Part shown: positions 16,158 through 17,839 of the stretch, piece by piece | Position numbering within the stretch: position 1 is the first letter of the stretch | Layout: every line of letters begins with the position of its first letter | Source of the DNA: Myxococcota bacterium | GTDB taxonomy: Bacteria; Myxococcota; UBA4151 | Direction: 5' to 3' | NCBI GenBank assembly: GCA_040260805.1 | Contig: JBDQPD010000068.1 | Location: forward strand, 1 to 17,839 | Length of the DNA: 17,839 nt | The notes under the pieces: generated by a model | Seen by the model: only the letters and a program-made list of their open reading frames with translations | Database searches by the model: none | What the model was told of the DNA's origin: nothing | Position numbers and translations under genes: made by a program

Positions 16158-16922
16158 TCACCAAGGGATTCGCTGACCGTCCCAGGCGTAATGATAGCCC
16201 GAGTCCTTCGCCGTCAAACCGCTAAGGACCTCGATCAGGTGATGACCTGACTGGTCGGAGCTAAACAGCTGGTCGGCCGGTTTGCGCTTGGTGAAGGGAT
16301 CGGACAGCGCCGTTTTGACCGTGCCGGGGTGCAAGGTCACGCACAACAGCCGAGGCCTGCTGCGCTTCGCCTCGATCGCGCCGGTTCGGATCACCATATT
16401 CTGGGCCGCCTTCGAGGCGCGATAGCTGTACCAGCCGCCAAGCTGGTTGTCTCCGATGCTGCCCACTCGAGCCGACAGCGAGGCGAAGATGCTGCGCTCA
16501 TGACGTGGCAACAGGGGCAGCAGATAACGGACCGCCAGCGCCACACCAAAGGTGTTGACCGCAAAGACCTTTTGCATGGTGTCCATATCTAAGTGTCGCC
16601 AGCTGCGCTCCGGGTCGATGTTCTCGTTGTGCAAGACGCCGGTGCAGTTGATGATCACGTTCAAGCCGGGCTGCGCATCTTTTAGATGTCCAGCGAGCGC
16701 TTGCATGGGCTCAGCCTTGGTGATGTCGAGCACATGCCGGGTGCAGCGCTCATCGCTTGCGCCCGCCCCCACCCAATCAGAATCCCGACTGGTCACCGAG
16801 ACCGCCACCGTAGATTGATGGGCGAGCAGAGCCTGCGCAATGGCACCACCGATACCGTCTTTGCCACCGATGATCAGCGCCGAGACAGGGCGCGAGAGCC
16901 CAAGCGGAAAAACAGATTGCAT
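16158..16922 (-). CDS. Short-chain dehydrogenase/reductase, CsgA (C-factor)-like
   Basis: GGKDGIG Rossmann motif, INCTGVLH, PERS, SLSARVGSIGDNQLGGWYSYRASKAAQN (YxxxK), LHPGTVKTALSDPF, WDGQRIPW; ATG 16922 after AAGGAG. Confidence 0.93.
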   Translation of the reverse strand: MQSVFPLGLSRPVSALIIGGKDGIGGAIAQALLAHQSTVAVSVTSRDSDWVGAGASDERCTRHVLDITKAEPMQALAGHLKDAQPGLNVIINCTGVLHNENIDPERSWRHLDMDTMQKVFAVNTFGVALAVRYLLPLLPRHERSIFASLSARVGSIGDNQLGGWYSYRASKAAQNMVIRTGAIEAKRSRPRLLCVTLHPGTVKTALSDPFTKRKPADQLFSSDQSGHHLIEVLSGLTAKDSGYHYAWDGQRIPW

Positions 16923-16935
16923 GATCTCTACTCCT

Positions 16936-17607
16936 TTAGTCGCGAACGACGTCGTCAACAGCCAATGATTGGGTACAAATTTCAGCCCATGCGTCGGGCT
17001 CGAGGTCCCAGACCTGAGCGCCGTGGAACACCACTCGAAGCTTGGATCGCCCGCGCCCTAGATCGGCTAAGTGCTCACTCAAATCGCTGCGCCGGTAGTC
17101 GGCGAGGCGGCGCACGCGGCGCGGGACGCGCAGCTCGGCGGCGCCAACCGGCTCGATCGAGTGGCTCAGGACCAGCGTCGTACACGACGTCGAGCGGTGG
17201 ACCAAAGCCACCCCTAAGTCAGCCGAGCCATAGAGCGGTCTGAGCTGCAGCTGGTAGCCGCTGTGAAAACGCCCCAGAGACGAGCACTCTTCATGGTCAT
17301 CGCTCACTGAAGGCGGCCCAAGGATCGCGGCAATGGGGAGCTGCTTTTGGAGGAACTTCGCCGCCGCCATGTGCTGCTCGTCGTACACGACAATCCAGCC
17401 GAACCGACCGAGTTCCCTCATCGACTCGAGCACCTTCGCCTTGGGCAGAAACGGCGCCATGAGCACAAACTCATCTTGGCGTAAGGGGGCGCAGACCATG
17501 CGAGCCGGCTTGCTGTCGCCCCCCTGAGCGACCCAACCACGAATCGAGTCACCTAAAGCCTGTTCCCGGCTGGTCCAGCCTGGATCTAAGAAGTTTCTAA
17601 AGCCCAT
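16936..17607 (-). CDS. Hypothetical protein, possibly a divergent DUF4336 / degenerate MBL-fold protein
   Basis: ATG 17607 after GAGGGG; fits the operon spacing. RMVCAPLRQDEFVLMAP..LESMRELGRFGWIVVYDEQH..QKQLPIA, VHRS..TTLVL and RVVFHG echo the DUF4336 pattern (recognised by eye). Confidence 0.6.
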   Translation of the reverse strand: MGFRNFLDPGWTSREQALGDSIRGWVAQGGDSKPARMVCAPLRQDEFVLMAPFLPKAKVLESMRELGRFGWIVVYDEQHMAAAKFLQKQLPIAAILGPPSVSDDHEECSSLGRFHSGYQLQLRPLYGSADLGVALVHRSTSCTTLVLSHSIEPVGAAELRVPRRVRRLADYRRSDLSEHLADLGRGRSKLRVVFHGAQVWDLEPDAWAEICTQSLAVDDVVRD

Positions 17608-17619
17608 GGATCAAACCCC

Positions 17620-17839
17620 TCATGAGCGACCGACCAATAAAGCGACGGCGACGCCTGCCCTCGCCATCCAAAGCACGGTCCGGATCCAGTTGGTCGCCAC
17701 CAGGCGATGGTGCCTTTTGGGGTCATATCCACTGAGCAGTCGTTGATGCTCAGGGACTTGAAAAACAGCCGTGCAGAGCCACACCCCAACCAAAAGAACC
17801 AAGCCGGCTAGGGCGAGCAGTGGCTGGCCGTGGATTCCA
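17620..17839 (-). CDS. 3' end (partial) of a conserved hypothetical membrane protein
   Basis: Frame is open to the window edge: GIHGQPLLALAGLVLLVGVWLCTAVFQVPEHQRLLSGYDPKRHHRLVATNWIRTVLWMAR; two TM helices around a VPxH..L..NW.RT..W..R motif. Confidence 0.7.
   Translation of the reverse strand, partial: GIHGQPLLALAGLVLLVGVWLCTAVFQVPEHQRLLSGYDPKRHHRLVATNWIRTVLWMARAGVAVALLVGRS

Noticed and set aside
16158..16922. True csgA developmental C-signal gene
   Set aside because: This SDR subfamily is widespread; orthology to Myxococcus csgA cannot be shown without a phylogeny.

Overview
Gene-dense, GC-rich bacterial window, probably Myxococcota or a related deltaproteobacterial lineage (inferred from a Cys-rich CGNG..CDDGN repeat and a TonB receptor + lipoprotein pair). 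Left to right: the 3' end of a GT2-like glycosyltransferase; a PLP aminotransferase split by a +1 frameshift; a PqqB/PhnP-like metallo-beta-lactamase-fold protein; three class III nucleotide cyclases (a cyclase-TPR fusion divergent from a translationally coupled paralog pair, one of which has lost both metal-binding Asp); two lipoproteins and a TonB-dependent receptor; alkB with a TetR regulator; and a minus-strand run of membrane protein, DUF4336-like protein, CsgA-like SDR, two truncated MotA/PomA-like proteins and a lipoprotein serine hydrolase. The strongest candidates for undescribed biology are (1) the pseudo-cyclase/active-cyclase pair, suggesting a bacterial C1/C2-type heterodimer, and (2) tandem 'mini-MotA' proteins lacking the cytoplasmic torque loop and any adjacent MotB but carrying an intramembrane Glu. 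No RNA genes, CRISPR arrays or mobile elements were recognised. All family calls come from motif recognition by eye, without database searches.
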